Shown: in pieces, positions 30,542-32,000 of the stretch
Position numbering within the stretch: the first letter of the stretch is position 1
Layout: every line of letters starts with the position of its first letter
NCBI RefSeq assembly: GCF_001644705.1
Contig: NZ_CP015137.1
Span: forward strand, 360,001 to 392,000
Origin: Dickeya solani IPO 2222
GTDB lineage: Bacteria > Pseudomonadota > Gammaproteobacteria > Enterobacterales > Enterobacteriaceae
Direction of reading: 5' to 3'
Length of the DNA stretch: 32,000 nucleotides
Made by a program: the position numbers and the translations under genes
The notes under the pieces: model-generated
Seen by the model: the letters and a program-made list of their open reading frames with translations, nothing else
The model's database searches: none
Told to the model about the DNA's origin: nothing

Positions 30542-30803
30542 TTCGAAAAACGTTCATTCATTGCGACATCACCCGTTCTTTGACCGCGCATCATACCCGG
30601 TGGGCATAGACACAGGTTCTACCGCTCGGTAACAGCGCTGCACAAGAATCTTATTTATTCGATAAAACTGGGTTGAGGGTGGAATAATTTTATTTGTTCA
30701 GCCAACGCCAGTCAGCTACCATAAAAATGGCTGCCATTATTAGTGGTGGCAAATCGTTATTAATTTTCACTTCTGATGAAAGCATATTTAAAATGGAGTC
30801 ATT

Positions 30804-31307
30804 ATGTTAGAAATTGTGACAGGGATGCCAGCATGGGTAATTGTACTTTTGGTTTCAACCACATTCTATTGTATAAGTTTTTGCTTTGAAAAAGAGGTTA
30901 GCATTAAGCTTTTGCTACTTATTCCAGGCTGTTTTATGATTTTTTCGATTATCTCTATACTGCAGCAAGGTAACATCCTGGTTTCAGGTCTGGTATGGTT
31001 ATTAGGCTGTATATTAGGCGGGATCGTAGCAAAGAGAATTTTTTCACCTCAAGCCTACAGTCTAGGCCGTAAGGAAGGCACAGTTACTGTGCCGGGGACA
31101 TATTCTATTATTACAATTTTTTTACTCTACTTTCCTCTTCGTTATTATATCGGTTATCGTCAGGCAATCGCGATTGATCATACCCTCAGCGCTCCAATGA
31201 TTTTACTGTTAGCCATATCGTCAGGAGGGATTGTCGGTTTTTTCACCCTTCGCTCATACGTTATCTTTTGGCGCTATAAGAAATTGAATATTAAAAGAAT
31301 AGCTTAA
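30804..31307 (+). CDS. Hypothetical small integral membrane protein (167 aa, about 5 predicted TM helices)
   Basis: The ATG is preceded by GGAG at 7 nt. Hydrophobic segments are PAWVIVLLVSTTFYCISFCF, LLLLIPGCFMIFSIISIL, LVSGLVWLLGCILGGIVA, YSIITIFLLYFPLRYYIGY and MILLLAISSGGIVGFFTL. GC is low (30% in the sampled line 30841-30900). I recognised no catalytic motif. Confidence 0.7.
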   Translation: MLEIVTGMPAWVIVLLVSTTFYCISFCFEKEVSIKLLLLIPGCFMIFSIISILQQGNILVSGLVWLLGCILGGIVAKRIFSPQAYSLGRKEGTVTVPGTYSIITIFLLYFPLRYYIGYRQAIAIDHTLSAPMILLLAISSGGIVGFFTLRSYVIFWRYKKLNIKRIA

Positions 31308-31470
31308 TCTGCTAGAGCATCCAGTGTCCTGGCGGGGTCAAATTAGTAGAGCACCGGCTTTTCAAGGTAGCCAGACGCAGTTCTCCGGTATGAACGCCTG
31401 TTAACAGCAACAGGCAGATACCTGGTTGGGTTGTAAGCGCCCCGCCATAACGACGAAGCCGCTGCAACCA

Positions 31471-31520
31471 TACGGCGCTACACGGCACTACACGGCACTA
31501 CACTATACGGTACTACATAC
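31471..31520. repeat. 10-bp tandem repeat (CACGGCACTA unit), two perfect and about three degenerate copies
   Basis: The sequence reads TACGGCGCTA CACGGCACTA CACGGCACTA CACTATACGG TACTACATAC directly from the window. Confidence 0.8.
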
Positions 31521-31580
31521 GTTTTTCATGGACTAAACAGTCCGGGATGCAGGTGGAGCACTGTGGGATTTGCTGGAACG

Positions 31581-31607
31581 AAAAAAGGGCCTTTCGGCCC
31601 TTTTTTT
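31581..31607. terminator. Bidirectional rho-independent terminator downstream of tRNA-Gly (it also faces the plus-strand membrane-protein gene)
   Basis: AAAAAAGGGCCTTTCGGCCCTTTTTTT has a 5-bp GC stem (GGGCC/GGCCC) and a TTTC loop. An A6 run lies on one side and a T7 run on the other. Confidence 0.85.
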
Positions 31608-31648
31608 CAACGATCCACAGACTCCGATGGAACTCTGCAGATCAAATT

Positions 31649-31724
<76 letters not shown>

Positions 31725-31787
31725 ATTCTACAGAACATCTTGTTTATCAAACATTTTCAATAAACAGTGTCGCTGTCGATGCGGTGC

Positions 31788-31815
31788 ATTCTACTGACCT
31801 GACACAGTGAGTCAA
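31788..31815 (-). promoter_or_regulatory. Candidate sigma70 promoter for glyW
   Basis: On the minus strand: TTGACT (31815-31810), a 16-nt spacer, TAGAAT (31793-31788), then the GC-rich discriminator GCACCGC. An A/T-rich stretch lies upstream. It would give a ~57-nt leader before the mature tRNA 5' end. Confidence 0.5.
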
Positions 31816-31865
31816 TAAAATTATCGCCCTATCTGAATCGTTTGCTGTTTTTTAAGGCGAGGCGA

Positions 31866-32000
31866 TCAATGTTCAAGCAGATCGCGCCAGGCGGCACTCA
31901 GGTACTGGAACATCGACCAAAACGTCAGCACAGCAGCCACATACAACGCCGCCACGCCAGCGGCCTCCACCATACGTTCAGGCCGCCACAACAAACCGAC
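31866..32000 (-). CDS. pgsA: CDP-diacylglycerol--glycerol-3-phosphate 3-phosphatidyltransferase, C-terminal 44 aa (5' part outside the window)
   Basis: The hand translation ...[42 protein letters not shown] aligns with the E. coli PgsA C-terminus (...[42 protein letters not shown]). The stop TGA is at 31866-31868. The pgsA-glyW arrangement is the same as in E. coli. Confidence 0.85.
   Translation of the reverse strand, partial: VGLLWRPERMVEAAGVAALYVAAVLTFWSMFQYLSAAWRDLLEH

Noticed and set aside
30376-30594. A 72-aa minus-strand ORF (MMRGQRTGDVAMNERF...).
   Set aside because: It is almost entirely contained in the ERIC-like repeat (30316-30541). It has no Shine-Dalgarno motif and a Pro/Gly-rich, repeat-derived translation.
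31333-31400. A plus-strand stretch, GGCGGGGTCAAATTAGTAGAGCACCGGCTTTTCAAGGTAGCCAGACGCAGTTCTCC, has partial resemblance to the tRNA-Gly D-arm, anticodon and T-arm (TAGAGCAC...CAAGGT...AGTTC). It could be a tRNA pseudogene or an att remnant.
   Set aside because: It cannot be folded into a cloverleaf. The D stem and anticodon stem do not pair and there is no acceptor complement. The similarity is too weak to call without a covariance-model search.
31396-31415. The hairpin GCCTGTT-AACAGC-AACAGGC downstream of the membrane-protein gene, considered as a terminator.
   Set aside because: No U tract follows it on either strand. The strong bidirectional terminator at 31581-31607 is the more likely stop signal.

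Overview
This window looks like an Enterobacterales chromosome. The right edge carries the 3' end of pgsA, then a tRNA-Gly(GCC) that matches E. coli glyW as I recall it. An enlarged ERIC-like repeat lies nearby. Coordinates 1-29740 (about 93% of the window), all on the minus strand, form one tightly packed biosynthetic operon with seven genes. (1) A 5,358-aa trans-AT polyketide synthase: KS-DH-KR-ACP / KS-DH-ACP-ACP-ACP(Ser>Thr) / KS-DH-KR-ACP / divergent KS with a truncated condensation-like tail and no carrier. (2) An extended-SDR reductase, translationally coupled to the PKS by an ATGA overlap. (3) A PLP alpha-oxoamine synthase of the BioF/KBL/SPT family. (4) A discrete 89-aa ACP. (5) A tandem AT-AT protein whose second AT lacks the malonyl-binding Arg. 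(6) A 2,300-aa NRPS: truncated C-A-T-C-A(Gly code, luciferase-like monooxygenase insert)-T. (7) The first 706 aa of a further NRPS (TubC-type docking domain-C-A...), which runs off the left edge. Upstream of the PKS lies a 20-30% GC regulatory region, then the ERIC-like element and a low-GC 167-aa membrane protein gene on the plus strand. Next come a 10-bp tandem repeat, a bidirectional terminator, glyW and pgsA. The most interesting feature is the combination of a trans-AT PKS whose last KS has no cis carrier, a sphingoid-base-type AOS/ACP/reductase cassette, two catalytically empty half-C domains, and a mid-line Gly-A(MOx) module. No TE, PPTase, HMGS cassette, transporter or regulator is visible, so the cluster continues beyond coordinate 1. 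All calls come from hand translation and motif reading, with no homology search. Domain borders are accurate to about +/-30 nt. Novelty relative to known clusters cannot be established here.
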